Shown piece after piece: positions 1-9,125 of a DNA stretch of 32,000 nucleotides. The position numbers and the translations under genes are program-made. The number at the start of each line of letters is the position of its first letter. The stretch's first letter is position 1. This DNA comes from Synechococcus elongatus PCC 6301 (lineage in GTDB: Bacteria; Cyanobacteriota; Cyanobacteriia; Synechococcales; Synechococcaceae): positions 1,860,001 through 1,892,000 of the forward strand of contig NC_006576.1 of assembly GCF_000010065.1 (NCBI RefSeq), in the 5' to 3' direction. The notes beneath the pieces are model-generated. The model did no database searches, was not told the DNA's origin, and saw nothing but the letters and a program-made list of their open reading frames with translations.

Positions 1-1029
1 TAGAGGTTTTTCTGGAGTACAAGTGCGACCAAAAGCCGGACAGTCACAGGGTTGTTTCTGGCCTTGAAGAACCAAACCGCTGATGCAGTCATTGACTGAT
101 GTGAGCGCGATCGCGCCAGTGATTGCAAAACGACAATGGGCATCAAACGACTTAAATTCAGGCTGGAATTCCAGCCCTCCCTCGGGAATTGTGCCCAGGC
201 TGCGCCAGTCTTGATCGGCGATCGCAAACACCCGTTCTACCCACTGCTGAGCGGCTAAATTTCCAGCTTCTTGAACAGCGCGACCGTAGCAATTCACGAC
301 TTCAGAGCGGCCGGATTCTAGTTGATCCAGACAGGCGTAAATGCCCTGCAAAATATCGACTGGTTCAAAGCCAGTAATCGCGATCGGGACATGATAGCGA
401 TTAGCGATCGCCGGATATTCCGCTAAACCAGCGACTGTACAAACATGACCCGCCGCCAGAAAGCCTTGAATCCGGCAATCTGGATCAGCGAGTAACTGTG
501 TCATCGCCGGAGCCACGCGGACATGAGACAGCAACACCGAAAAGTTGGTGAGCTGTTGTTGCTGGGCTTGGGCGATCGCGAGAGCAGTTGCGGGAGCTGT
601 TGTTTCAAAGCCGACCGCGAGAAAAACCACTTGGCGATCGGGGTTTTTAGCTGCGATCGCAACAGCATCCAGTGGACTATAGACAATCTGCACCTGAGCA
701 CCAGCGGCACGGGCTTGCTGTAAACTCTGCTGGCGTTCGCCGGGAACCCGTACCATATCGCCGAAGCTACAGATTATGACTTGCGGATCTTGGGCGATCG
801 CGATTGCCTGATCAATCACCGAGCCGGGCGTCACACAGACCGGACAACCGGGGCCATGCAGCAGCGTCACCCCCTCGGGCAGCAAAGTATCGAGGCCATA
901 GCGAACGATGCTGTGGGTCTGGCCGCCGCAAACTTCCATCAGCGTCCAAGGTCGCGTTACCCGTTGCGCGATCGCTTCTACCCACGCTTGCACGGCTGCC
1001 GCCTGCCGAAACTCCTGGACGTAGCGCAC
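1..1029 (-). CDS. hypD: NiFe-hydrogenase maturation protein HypD (3' end runs off the window, roughly 20-30 codons missing)
   Basis: The ORF track lacks this gene because no stop lies in the window. My minus-strand translation from GTG at 1029 reads VRYVQEFRQAAAVQAWVEAIAQRVTRPWTLMEVCGGQTHSIVRYGLDTLLPEGVTLLHGPGCPVCVTPGSVIDQAIAIAQ... and ends ...NDCISGLVLQGQKQPCDCPAFGRTCTPEKPL. The GPGCPVCV and C-terminal Cys-rich motifs are HypD hallmarks. The 1029 nt give 343 in-frame codons. Confidence 0.9.
   Translation of the reverse strand, partial: MRYVQEFRQAAAVQAWVEAIAQRVTRPWTLMEVCGGQTHSIVRYGLDTLLPEGVTLLHGPGCPVCVTPGSVIDQAIAIAQDPQVIICSFGDMVRVPGERQQSLQQARAAGAQVQIVYSPLDAVAIAAKNPDRQVVFLAVGFETTAPATALAIAQAQQQQLTNFSVLLSHVRVAPAMTQLLADPDCRIQGFLAAGHVCTVAGLAEYPAIANRYHVPIAITGFEPVDILQGIYACLDQLESGRSEVVNCYGRAVQEAGNLAAQQWVERVFAIADQDWRSLGTIPEGGLEFQPEFKSFDAHCRFAITGAIALTSVNDCISGLVLQGQKQPCDCPAFGRTCTPEKPL
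107..114. repeat. HIP1 octamer palindrome GCGATCGC. This is one example of a motif dispersed at high density across most of the window.
   Basis: Direct reading of the sequence. By eye there are about 14 copies inside nifJ (2053-5643) and 6 in 26260-27256. There are only 3 in 18586-23137 (20857, 20923, 21680) and none in 30254-31639. Confidence 0.95.
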
Positions 1030-1030
1030 C

Positions 1031-2053
1031 TCAACCCCCCGGGAAGACTTCCGGCACCGCCCAAGTGCCACTCTGCAGCGATCGCAGATACTGCACCCGT
1101 TCAAAGCGATCGGGCGCCGGACAGGACTGCTGACTCATGCAACCTTGCAGCAGCGACAACGCGGGGCAATCATGCTCCGCCAGCCACGTTTTTAAGTCTG
1201 CTTCAATCCGCTGCAAGACGTCGGGGCCATGGCGTAACAGTGCCCCCACAATTTGCGTGGTGGCTGCTCCCGCCATCACCATGCGGATCACATCATCAGC
1301 GCGTTGAATGCCACCCGTCGCCGCAAAATCCACCGGCACCTGTCCGTAGAGCAGCGCAATCCAATGCAGCGGCAGCCGTTGATCCTGTGGGTTACTCAAG
1401 ATCAGGCGCGGCACGACGTCCAAACTCTCAATGTCGATATCCGGCTGATAAAAGCGGTTAAACAGCACGATCGCCTGAGCCCCCGCTTGGGCAAACTGCC
1501 GGATCATGTGGCCGGGACTGCTGAAAAAAGGGCTGAGCTTAACCGCCAGCGGTAACTGCGTCGCCGCCCGCACTTGCTCAACCACCCGCAGATATTGGGC
1601 TTCGACTTCCGCTCCGCTCTGATTCGGATCGACCGGCAGCGCGTACAAGTTCAGCTCCAGTGCATCCGCGCCAGCACCTTCAATTCGGCGGGCGTAATCA
1701 ACCCAGCCGTTATCACTGGTGCCATTCAAACTGGCGATGATCGGGATTTGAACTTGAGCTTTAGCCTTCTCAATCTGCCGGAGATAATGCACCGGCCCGA
1801 TCGGGAACCAAGCGGGCTCCGGCGCATAGGTCAGGGATTCTGCATAGTGATGACTGCCGACTTCCAACTGCTGCCAAACGGCCTGATGCTCGGCTTCTAC
1901 CTGCTCCTCAAATAGGGAATGGAGCACGATCGCACTCGCTCCCGCTGCTTCTAAGGCGGGGAGTTGTTCCGTCCGCTCACTCAGGGGAGCAGCAGCCCCA
2001 ACCACCAAGGGCGATCGCAACTTCAGCCCCAGGTAATCCATGCTCAGGTCCAT
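1031..2053 (-). CDS. Dihydroorotate dehydrogenase-like FMN (TIM-barrel) flavoprotein, probably not a true DHOD
   Basis: 340-aa ORF with a DHOD/DPD-family layout (AVKLSP Lys, LFNRF, ATGGIQ...AGA..QIVGALL). ELNLYALPV sits where DHODs and dihydropyrimidine dehydrogenases carry ELN(L/V)SCP(N/H). The ATG at 2051-2053 shares one base with the nifJ stop. Confidence 0.8.
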   Translation of the reverse strand: MDLSMDYLGLKLRSPLVVGAAAPLSERTEQLPALEAAGASAIVLHSLFEEQVEAEHQAVWQQLEVGSHHYAESLTYAPEPAWFPIGPVHYLRQIEKAKAQVQIPIIASLNGTSDNGWVDYARRIEGAGADALELNLYALPVDPNQSGAEVEAQYLRVVEQVRAATQLPLAVKLSPFFSSPGHMIRQFAQAGAQAIVLFNRFYQPDIDIESLDVVPRLILSNPQDQRLPLHWIALLYGQVPVDFAATGGIQRADDVIRMVMAGAATTQIVGALLRHGPDVLQRIEADLKTWLAEHDCPALSLLQGCMSQQSCPAPDRFERVQYLRSLQSGTWAVPEVFPGG

Positions 2054-5000
2054 TACTGAGGCCCTCCTGCCGTGGGTTTCGGGGTTGGTTTCGCCAGTGC
2101 TTGATAGAACTGCCAGCGCTGATCCACATCGGCCTGTGCTTGGTCGAGTAGTTGTTGCGCGGCTTCTGGCTGACTGAGACGCAGCATCTGGAAGCGATTT
2201 TCGGAATAGAGCGCTTGCGACAGCGGTAGATGGGGCGATCGCGAATCGAGTTGCAGTGTGTTATCACCGCGATCGCGGCGGCGCGGATCGTAGCGATAGA
2301 GCAACCAGCGACCGGAATCGACGGCTCGTTTCTGCGCATCCAAGCCTTTGGTCATGTCGATGCCGTGGGCGATGCAATGGGAGTAGGCAATGATCAGCGA
2401 CGGCCCCGGATAGGACTCGGCTTCGATGAAGGTGCGAATCGTGTGCTCGTCCCGTGCCCCGAGTGCCACGCTGGCCACATAAGCCGAGCCGTAGGTCATC
2501 GCGATTAAGCCGAGGTCTTTCTTGGCGCTGGGTTTGCCACCTGCCGCAAATTTAGCGACCGCCGCCCGTGGCGTTGACTTCGACATTTGGCCGCCGGTGT
2601 TGGAGTAAACCTCCGTATCCAGCACGAGGATATTGACGTTGCGGCCGCTGGCGAGGACGTGATCGAGTCCGCCAAAGCCGATGTCGTAGGCCCAGCCATC
2701 GCCACCCACCAGCCAGACACTCTTGCGCACCAATGTGTCCGCCAGATCCAGCCAGCGATTGAGGCGATCGCTCACGGATGCGTCCGGTTCCTGACTGAGC
2801 CAGTCTTGCACTTGCTGTTTGAGCTGTTGAACGCGATCGCGCTGCTCGAAAATACCGGCTTCACTGCTTTGATCAGCATTGAGTGTCTGCTGCACCAGTT
2901 CTGGCGAGAGAGGACTGCCCGCGATCGCCGCCAGATGGCTGAGCAACTGCTGCGCCATGGCTTCCTGTTGATCAAGCGCGACACGGAAACCCAGCCCAAA
3001 CTCGGCGTTGTCTTCAAACAGCGAATTCGACCAAGCGGGGCCGCGCCCCTCGGCGTTGTGCGTCCAAGGCGTCGTTGGCAAATTGCCGCTGTAAATTGAG
3101 GAGCAACCCGTGGCGTTAGCGACCAACAGGCGATCGCCAAACAGTTGCGTCATCAGCTTCAGGTAGGGCGTTTCGCCGCAGCCCGCGCAGGCGCCCGAAA
3201 ATTCAAACAGCGGTTGCTGCAACTGCTGCTGGCCAATTTTGTGCAAATTCAAGGCGCTGCGATCAACTTCCGGCAGGCTCAAGAAAAAGTCCCAGTTGTG
3301 CCGCTCAGCCTCGCGCAACGGCGCCTGCGCCGCCATATTCAGGGCTTTGCGGCGCGGTTGCTGGCGATCGCGAGCGGGGCAGACTTCCACGCAGAGCTGG
3401 CAGCCAGTGCAATCTTCGGTCGAAACCTGAATCGTGAAGGGGCGATCGCTCCAAGTGGCATCCCGAGCGGGAGCGTGCTTGAACGTCTCCGGTGCTGCCT
3501 CCAGTACCTCGGATTCGTAGACTTTGGCGCGAATCACACCGTGCGGGCAGACCAGCAGGCATTTGCCGCACTGCACACAGAGGTCGGGCTCCCAAACCGG
3601 CACGGTGTCGCTGATATTGCGTTTTTCGTAGCAGCTGGTGCCGCTGGGATAGGTGCCATCGACCGGCAGCGCACTAACCGGCAGTTGATCACCTTTGCGA
3701 GCCAGCATCGCGCCCAGCACATCGCGGACAAAGGGCGGAGCGGATGCGATCGCGGGAGTCTCCGTTACACCCACGGCAACGGGTATGCCGATCGGTAAGG
3801 GCTTGAGGGCCGCTAAGGTCGGCTCAATGATCGCGAGATTGGCATCAACAACGGCTTGCCCTTTCTTACCGTAGGTTTTCTGGACAGCGCGGCGGTAGGC
3901 TGCGATCGCAGTGTCTTGGGGCAACACACCCGACAACGCAAAGAAGGCAACCTGCATCACCGTGTTGATGTGGCGACCCAGTCCTTGCTCCGCCGCTAAA
4001 GCATCCGCGTTGATCACCCAAGGCTGCAGTTGCTTGTCGAGGATGCCCTGCTGCACTTTTTCTGGGAGTTGCTGCCAGGTCTCCTCGGGGCTGTAGGGGC
4101 TGTTGATCAGCAGCGTGGCATGGGGAGCGGCGCTGTCGATTAGGTCGAAGCTGTGCAGGAATTGCCATTGGTGGCAGGCGACAAAGTTGGCCTGCCTAAT
4201 CAGGTAGGGTGCTGCGATCGCGCGAGGTCCAAAGCGCAGGTGCGAGACCGTGACCGAACCGGATTTCTTCGAGTCGTAGACGAAGTAGCCCTGCGCCCAG
4301 TTGTCGGTGTCCTCGCCAATGATCTTGATCGAGTTTTTATTCGCCCCGACGGTGCCATCCGAGCCGAGACCGTAGAAAATCGCCCGCACTGTGTCGGCGG
4401 CTTCGATCGACCAACTGGGATCCCACGGCAGCGAGAGATGGGTCACATCGTCCTCAATCCCGATCGTGAAGGGATGCTGCAATCGCGTTTGGCTGAGGTG
4501 ATCAAAGATTGCCTTGGTCATCGCTGGCGTAAATTCTTTCGATGAGAGGCCATAGCGACCGCCGATAACGCGGGGCGGTTGTTCCAGCCGTGACAGCGCT
4601 TCGACGACATCCAGATAGAGCGGTTCGCCACTGGCGCCAGGTTCCTTGCAGCGATCGAGGACGGCGATCGCCTTGACTGTTGCGGGTAAAGCCTGCCGCA
4701 ATTCCGCTGCTGGGAATGGTCGATAGAGCCGCAGCTTCAGCACCCCGACTTTTTCGCCTTGGGCTTGCAGTGCAAGGACGGTCTGCTCAGCGACTTCTGC
4801 GCCGGAACCCATCACCACGATCGCCCGCTCCGCATCGGGAGCACCAACGTAGTCCACCAGTTCGTAAGCGCGACCCGTCAGCTGCGCGAACTCATCCATC
4901 GCCGCTTGGACGAGGGCAGGAGCTGCGTTGTAGTAGCGATTGACCGTCTCGCGGGCTTGGAAATAGACATCGGGATTCTGAGCGGTGCCGCGAATCACCG

Positions 5001-5643
5001 GATGGTCAGGGCTGAGAGCACGGTGACGATGCTCACGAATCGCCTCAGCGGGAATGTATTGCTGCAGCACCTCATCTGGTAGCAGCGCAATCTTCTGGAT
5101 TTCGTGGGAGGTGCGGAATCCGTCGAAAAAGTGCAGGAAAGGAATCCGGCTTTGCAGACTGGCCCGCAGGGCGATCGCGGCAAAATCTTGCGCCTCTTGC
5201 ACGGAGGCTGAACAGAGCAACGCACAGCCTGTCCCCCGCACCGCCATCACATCGCTGTGGTCGCCAAAGATCGAAAGCCCCTGCGCCGCCAGCGATCGCG
5301 CCGCAATATGTAACGCCATCGGCGTCAGTTCGCCCGCAATCTTGTAGAGATTGGGGATCATCAACAGCAAGCCCTGGGACGCCGTGAAAGTCGTCGTCAG
5401 TGCCCCGACTTGCAGCGCTCCATGCACCGCTCCGGCTGCTCCAGCCTCACTCTGCATTTCGACAATGCTGGGCACGTCGCCCCAAAGATTCGGTCGGTGA
5501 GTGGCTGCCCAAGCATCAGCCCATTCGCCCATGGGTGAAGCGGGCGTAATCGGATAGATGGCGATAACTTCGCTGAGGCGATAGGCAACCCTTGCCACCG
5601 CTTCATTGCCGTCTAAGGTGGCGTAGACAGGAGAGGAGGCCAT
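2053..5643 (-). CDS. nifJ: Pyruvate:ferredoxin (flavodoxin) oxidoreductase
   Basis: 1196-aa ORF with a typical PFOR N-terminus (YPITPASPMGEW). It has two 4Fe-4S ferredoxin motifs (CVQCGKCLLVCPHG and CTGCQLCVEVCP), the TPP-domain GDGWAYDIG motif and a CxGCGE cluster motif. Confidence 0.97.
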   Translation of the reverse strand: MASSPVYATLDGNEAVARVAYRLSEVIAIYPITPASPMGEWADAWAATHRPNLWGDVPSIVEMQSEAGAAGAVHGALQVGALTTTFTASQGLLLMIPNLYKIAGELTPMALHIAARSLAAQGLSIFGDHSDVMAVRGTGCALLCSASVQEAQDFAAIALRASLQSRIPFLHFFDGFRTSHEIQKIALLPDEVLQQYIPAEAIREHRHRALSPDHPVIRGTAQNPDVYFQARETVNRYYNAAPALVQAAMDEFAQLTGRAYELVDYVGAPDAERAIVVMGSGAEVAEQTVLALQAQGEKVGVLKLRLYRPFPAAELRQALPATVKAIAVLDRCKEPGASGEPLYLDVVEALSRLEQPPRVIGGRYGLSSKEFTPAMTKAIFDHLSQTRLQHPFTIGIEDDVTHLSLPWDPSWSIEAADTVRAIFYGLGSDGTVGANKNSIKIIGEDTDNWAQGYFVYDSKKSGSVTVSHLRFGPRAIAAPYLIRQANFVACHQWQFLHSFDLIDSAAPHATLLINSPYSPEETWQQLPEKVQQGILDKQLQPWVINADALAAEQGLGRHINTVMQVAFFALSGVLPQDTAIAAYRRAVQKTYGKKGQAVVDANLAIIEPTLAALKPLPIGIPVAVGVTETPAIASAPPFVRDVLGAMLARKGDQLPVSALPVDGTYPSGTSCYEKRNISDTVPVWEPDLCVQCGKCLLVCPHGVIRAKVYESEVLEAAPETFKHAPARDATWSDRPFTIQVSTEDCTGCQLCVEVCPARDRQQPRRKALNMAAQAPLREAERHNWDFFLSLPEVDRSALNLHKIGQQQLQQPLFEFSGACAGCGETPYLKLMTQLFGDRLLVANATGCSSIYSGNLPTTPWTHNAEGRGPAWSNSLFEDNAEFGLGFRVALDQQEAMAQQLLSHLAAIAGSPLSPELVQQTLNADQSSEAGIFEQRDRVQQLKQQVQDWLSQEPDASVSDRLNRWLDLADTLVRKSVWLVGGDGWAYDIGFGGLDHVLASGRNVNILVLDTEVYSNTGGQMSKSTPRAAVAKFAAGGKPSAKKDLGLIAMTYGSAYVASVALGARDEHTIRTFIEAESYPGPSLIIAYSHCIAHGIDMTKGLDAQKRAVDSGRWLLYRYDPRRRDRGDNTLQLDSRSPHLPLSQALYSENRFQMLRLSQPEAAQQLLDQAQADVDQRWQFYQALAKPTPKPTAGGPQ

Positions 5644-5766
5644 TTTTCTCCGCAGAAAGCGGTATCTGCCCCTATCGTGGGCACCGCGATCGCTGAAGCC
5701 ACCAGATTGTGCCGTTTTTTTAGCTTTCGCTCACGCTCCGTTACGCAAGGGAGTGAGTTGAAGGAT

Positions 5767-6846
5767 CTAGGCGGGCATCAGCGAAACAGGCTTAGCAAAG
5801 ATCAGACGACCGGCAGAAGTTTGCAAGGCACCGGTCACCATCACCGCAATTTCACTGCCGATGAAGGGGCGGCCTCCTTCGACAACAACCATCGTGCCGT
5901 CTTCGAGATAGCCCACGCCTTGAGCGGCTTCTTTGCCTTCCTTGAGGATCCGTAGGTCGAAGCGATCGCCCGGTAGATAGGTGGGGCGTAGCGTTTTCGC
6001 GAGGTCATTGATATTCAGGACCGTGACCTCTTGAATGCTGGCAACCCGATTGAGGTTGTAGTCCACCGTTAACAGCGGTGCTTGCAAATCCTGGGCTAAA
6101 CGGACGAGCTTGGCATCTACCGTACCGATGTCATCGTAGTCAGCACTGTTGATTGAGATGCGGGGCGCATAGGTTTCGCGTAGCCGGTTCAGGACGTCCA
6201 AACCCCGCCGTCCCCACGATCGCTTTTGGTCATTACTGGCATCTGCGAGTTGCTGCAGTTCTTGCAAGACAAACTGCGGCACAATCAGCCGCCCTTCCAA
6301 AAAGCCAGTCTCGATCAGGGCTTCAATCCGGCCATCGATGATGCAGCTGGTATCGATCACCTTGCTGATTGCAGGCTTGAGCGTTCCTTCGGCTAGCAGC
6401 GCCGACTCAACGGAGCCGGGATTGACCAGCCGAATCAGGGTGCGCCCGTGGGTATCGGCCAAGGTGATTCCCGACATGCCGAAAGCGATACTGCCGATTA
6501 CTGCAGCCAAGGGTTTGAGAAAGACAAACTCCGTCGGAATGGGGAGCAAGAAAATGGGCGTCAGGATCAGGTTGGCGATCACCAACCCAAGAATGAGCCC
6601 CACCGCTCGGCTAATCAACTGATCCGTGGGCATTTGCCGTGCTTGCAACTGCAGCCGTCGAACTGCGGCTTGTGCCAAGAGGCCGAACAAACCACCAAAC
6701 AAAGCAGTGAATCCGGCGACCACAAAGCGCAGCCCCTCCAGATCCGTTACCTGTTGCAGAGCACGTTCCGGCAGCAGATCAACTCCCAGGAAACCGGTTA
6801 CCGCGCCGGTGATCAAAAAAAGCAGAATAATCAAAGCGTCTAACAT
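5767..6846 (-). CDS. Membrane-anchored PIN/TRAM domain protein (YacL-like)
   Basis: The N-terminal region has about 4 hydrophobic helices. It is followed by a PIN-like segment (VIDTSCIIDGRI...LIVPQFVLQELQ) and a C-terminal TRAM-like beta region. The track start at 6927 adds 27 poorly protein-like residues. I prefer the ATG at 6846 (MLDALIILLFLITG), so the start is uncertain. Confidence 0.8.
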   Translation of the reverse strand: MLDALIILLFLITGAVTGFLGVDLLPERALQQVTDLEGLRFVVAGFTALFGGLFGLLAQAAVRRLQLQARQMPTDQLISRAVGLILGLVIANLILTPIFLLPIPTEFVFLKPLAAVIGSIAFGMSGITLADTHGRTLIRLVNPGSVESALLAEGTLKPAISKVIDTSCIIDGRIEALIETGFLEGRLIVPQFVLQELQQLADASNDQKRSWGRRGLDVLNRLRETYAPRISINSADYDDIGTVDAKLVRLAQDLQAPLLTVDYNLNRVASIQEVTVLNINDLAKTLRPTYLPGDRFDLRILKEGKEAAQGVGYLEDGTMVVVEGGRPFIGSEIAVMVTGALQTSAGRLIFAKPVSLMPA

Positions 6847-6957
6847 AGTCGCGAACCGAAGCGGCGCAAACTCTGTGGCTGCACGGGATCGCGCCAGCCT
6901 CGGGGCAGGGAGCCCCATTATATCCACCCATCAGTATGGGCCTGCTGGCAACAGCAC

Positions 6958-8148
6958 ATGATCAATTTGCCGATTGCTGCTTACCTACACATCCCCTTTT
7001 GTCGTCGTCGCTGCTTTTACTGTGACTTCCCGATTAGCGTCGTGGGCGATCGCCTGCGCGGGGATCAGTCCGGCATGATCCGCCAGTATGTGGACGCGAT
7101 CTGCCAAGAAATTGCTGCGACGCCTGTGCTTGGGCCAGCACTGCAAACGGTCTTTTTCGGTGGGGGAACGCCCTCCCTGCTGAGTCCCAATCAGCTCGAT
7201 CGCATTCTGCAGACCCTCGATCGCCGTTTTGGGATTGCAGCGACGGCTGAAATTTCAATCGAAATGGATCCCGCTAGCTTTGACCGATCGCAAGCGATCG
7301 CAACGCGACAGCTAGGCTTTAACCGCGTCAGTATTGGCGCTCAGGCGTTTCAAGATGGCCTGTTGGAACGGTGTGGTCGTACCCATCGGCGGGCCGATAT
7401 CGATCGCGCTGTGGCGGATTTGCGGGCTGCTGGTTTCGAGAATCTCAGTCTGGATTTGATCTCGGGTCTACCGGAACAGACGCTGGCGGATTGGCAGGCT
7501 TCATTAGAAGCCGCGATCGCCCTAGAACCGACTCACCTCTCGGCCTACGATCTGGTGCTAGAACCAGAGACGGTGTTTGGCAAGCGCTATCAACCGGGCG
7601 ATCGCCCCTTGCCAGCCGATGAGCAAACCGCTGTCATGTATCGACTGGCGCATAGGACCTTGGAAGCGGCGGGCTTTGAGCACTATGAAATCTCGAACTA
7701 TGCGCGATCGGGATTTCAGTGTCGCCACAATCGCGTCTACTGGCAGGATCAGTCCTTCTATGGCTTTGGGGTCGGTGCGACGAGTGCCCTGCAAGGCCAG
7801 CGGTTTGGCCGTCCGCGCCGCCGAGCTGATTACTTTATCTGGCTCGAGACGCCGGGTGCGATCGCGGCAGCTTGTGCACCGGTTACCTCTGATCCGGCTG
7901 ATGCCTTAGCGGAAACGCTGATGTTGGGGCTGCGGCTGGCGGAAGGGTTGGATTGGACCGCATTAGAGCAGCCGTTTGGGGCAGAAATCCTGCGATCGCT
8001 GCAACCTGTGATTCAGCGCTACCAACAGGCGGGCTGGTTGCAATGGCAGGGCGATCGCCTCAGCTTGACCCAGCCGGAGGGCATGCTCTTCTCGAATCAG
8101 GTCTTAGCCAGTTTGTTTGAACGACTCGAGGCGATCGCGACTGTCTAG
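6958..8148 (+). CDS. hemW: Radical SAM heme chaperone HemW (HemN-like, oxygen-independent coproporphyrinogen oxidase family)
   Basis: 396 aa with the radical-SAM motif [14 protein letters not shown] (CxxxCxxC) near the N-terminus. The body is HemN/HemW-like (GGGTPS, ISNYA). Confidence 0.9.
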   Translation: MINLPIAAYLHIPFCRRRCFYCDFPISVVGDRLRGDQSGMIRQYVDAICQEIAATPVLGPALQTVFFGGGTPSLLSPNQLDRILQTLDRRFGIAATAEISIEMDPASFDRSQAIATRQLGFNRVSIGAQAFQDGLLERCGRTHRRADIDRAVADLRAAGFENLSLDLISGLPEQTLADWQASLEAAIALEPTHLSAYDLVLEPETVFGKRYQPGDRPLPADEQTAVMYRLAHRTLEAAGFEHYEISNYARSGFQCRHNRVYWQDQSFYGFGVGATSALQGQRFGRPRRRADYFIWLETPGAIAAACAPVTSDPADALAETLMLGLRLAEGLDWTALEQPFGAEILRSLQPVIQRYQQAGWLQWQGDRLSLTQPEGMLFSNQVLASLFERLEAIATV

Positions 8149-8951
8149 GAGAGTGGTTCCTGTTCAGCTGGCTGAGACTGGAGGAACTGGCGATCGCGCA
8201 CTTCTCGGGCGTAACGCTGCACGGCAGATCCGATCGCTTGCCGCAGGTTGAGATAAGCCGGCGCAAAGGGCGGCTGGCTAGGGGTCAGTCCTAGCAGATC
8301 GGCGGTCACCAAAATTTGCCCATCACAATTAGGGCCAGCCCCAATCCCGATCGTTGGAATCGAGAGTTTCGCCGTGATCATGGCTGCAAGGCGATCGGGA
8401 ATGTGTTCCAAGACGATCGCGAACGCGCCAGCAGCCTCCAGCGCGAGAGCCTGATCCAAAATCTGCTGCTGCGCTTCGGGCGTTTGTCCCTGCTGGCGAT
8501 AGCCGAGCTGGCGCACGGATTGCGGAGTCAGCCCCACATGCCCCATCACCGGAATGCCGACTTCCACCAGTCGTTGCACCGTTTCTAAGAGGCGCGGATA
8601 GCCCCCCTCTAATTTGACGGCTTGAGCCTCCGTCACCTTCAGCAGTTGTCCTGCTGCGAGAATCGCGTCTTCTGGGCTGGTTTGGTAGGACAAAAACGGC
8701 AAGTCGCTGACGATCAGGGCATTGCGGCAACCACGCTGCACGGCCTGCACATGGTGAATCATGTCTTCTAGGCTTAGGGGCAGCGTCGTGGGATGCCCGA
8801 GGGCAACCATTGCCAAGGAATCGCCAACAAGAACCAGATCGATGCCTGCCTCATCCAAAATGCTGGCGATCGCAAAATCCCAAGCGGTCAGCGCCACAAT
8901 CGGGCGACCCTGTTGCTTCCACTGACGCAGGTGACGAGGCGTGATCGGCAT
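8145..8951 (-). CDS. panB: 3-methyl-2-oxobutanoate hydroxymethyltransferase (pantothenate biosynthesis)
   Basis: PanB-like throughout ([42 protein letters not shown]). The track start is a GTG at 8978. The ATG at 8951 ([25 protein letters not shown]) matches normal PanB N-termini. Confidence 0.92.
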   Translation of the reverse strand: MPITPRHLRQWKQQGRPIVALTAWDFAIASILDEAGIDLVLVGDSLAMVALGHPTTLPLSLEDMIHHVQAVQRGCRNALIVSDLPFLSYQTSPEDAILAAGQLLKVTEAQAVKLEGGYPRLLETVQRLVEVGIPVMGHVGLTPQSVRQLGYRQQGQTPEAQQQILDQALALEAAGAFAIVLEHIPDRLAAMITAKLSIPTIGIGAGPNCDGQILVTADLLGLTPSQPPFAPAYLNLRQAIGSAVQRYAREVRDRQFLQSQPAEQEPLS

Positions 8952-9016
8952 GGTCGCAACTGAGACGCGCTTCCTCACGCTATCAGACCGGCGCGATCGC
9001 TCGATAGGGGAGCAAT

Positions 9017-9026
9017 GCTATGCTGA
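9017..9026 (+). promoter_or_regulatory. Candidate extended -10 element (TGCTATGCT) for the SRP RNA gene
   Basis: TATGCT at 9019-9024 is preceded by TGC and lies about 7 nt upstream of the first base of the predicted SRP RNA terminal helix (9031). The same 10-mer GCTATGCTGA recurs at 9220-9229. Confidence 0.35.
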
Positions 9027-9030
9027 GATC

Positions 9031-9125
9031 GACTCGGACCTATGTGGTCAGAACGCCCAAATCCTGTCAGGACCGGAAGGTAGCAGCAGTACGGGATGCT
9101 TTTGACAGGCGTAGACTCCGGGTCA
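9031..9125 (+). ncRNA. ffs: Signal recognition particle RNA (bacterial small SRP / 4.5S RNA)
   Basis: It contains the universally conserved domain IV hairpin GUCAGGACC-GGAA-GGUAGCAGC (compare E. coli GUCAGGUCCGGAAGGAAGCAGC). A terminal helix closes the molecule: 5' GACUCGGACCUAUG pairs with CGUAGACUCCGGGUC 3'. A T7 run follows at 9127-9133. The ends are approximate (about +/-8 nt). Confidence 0.85.

Noticed and set aside
781-1461. 226-aa and 109-aa plus-strand ORFs (781-1461 and 804-1133)
   Set aside because: They are antisense to hypD and the DHOD-like gene. The translations are Arg/Pro/Ala-rich and low-complexity, and the longer ORF starts at a TTG. These are GC-bias artefacts.
3145-3798. 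217-aa plus-strand ORF, plus many 60-170-aa ORFs between 2230 and 5606
   Set aside because: All lie inside or antisense to nifJ, whose 1196-aa frame is fully PFOR-like. None has independent support.
5662-5675. NtcA-like palindrome GTA-N8-TAT (ATA-N8-TAC on the nifJ strand) upstream of nifJ
   Set aside because: It is an imperfect match to GTA-N8-TAC and lies only about 19-33 nt from the nifJ ATG. That leaves no room for the -41.5 activator geometry plus a -10 box and a UTR. Not supportable as an NtcA-activated promoter from sequence alone.
5711-5757. Hairpin (CTCAC..TCC / GGA..GTGAG) downstream of the PIN/TRAM gene, adjacent to a T7 run
   Set aside because: The T-run precedes the hairpin on the plus strand and becomes an A-run after it on the minus strand. 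It is therefore not a canonical intrinsic terminator in either direction. The stem is also bulged.
5767-6927. Longest-ORF N-terminal extensions in the track (PIN/TRAM 6927, panB 8978, miaB 15604, prfC 26188, ftsQ 12714, lpxA 17778, antiporter 31639)
   Set aside because: The extensions start at GTG or TTG, or add residues absent from the conserved family N-termini. Internal ATG starts fit the families better. The exact starts remain unverified without N-terminal or ribosome-profiling data.
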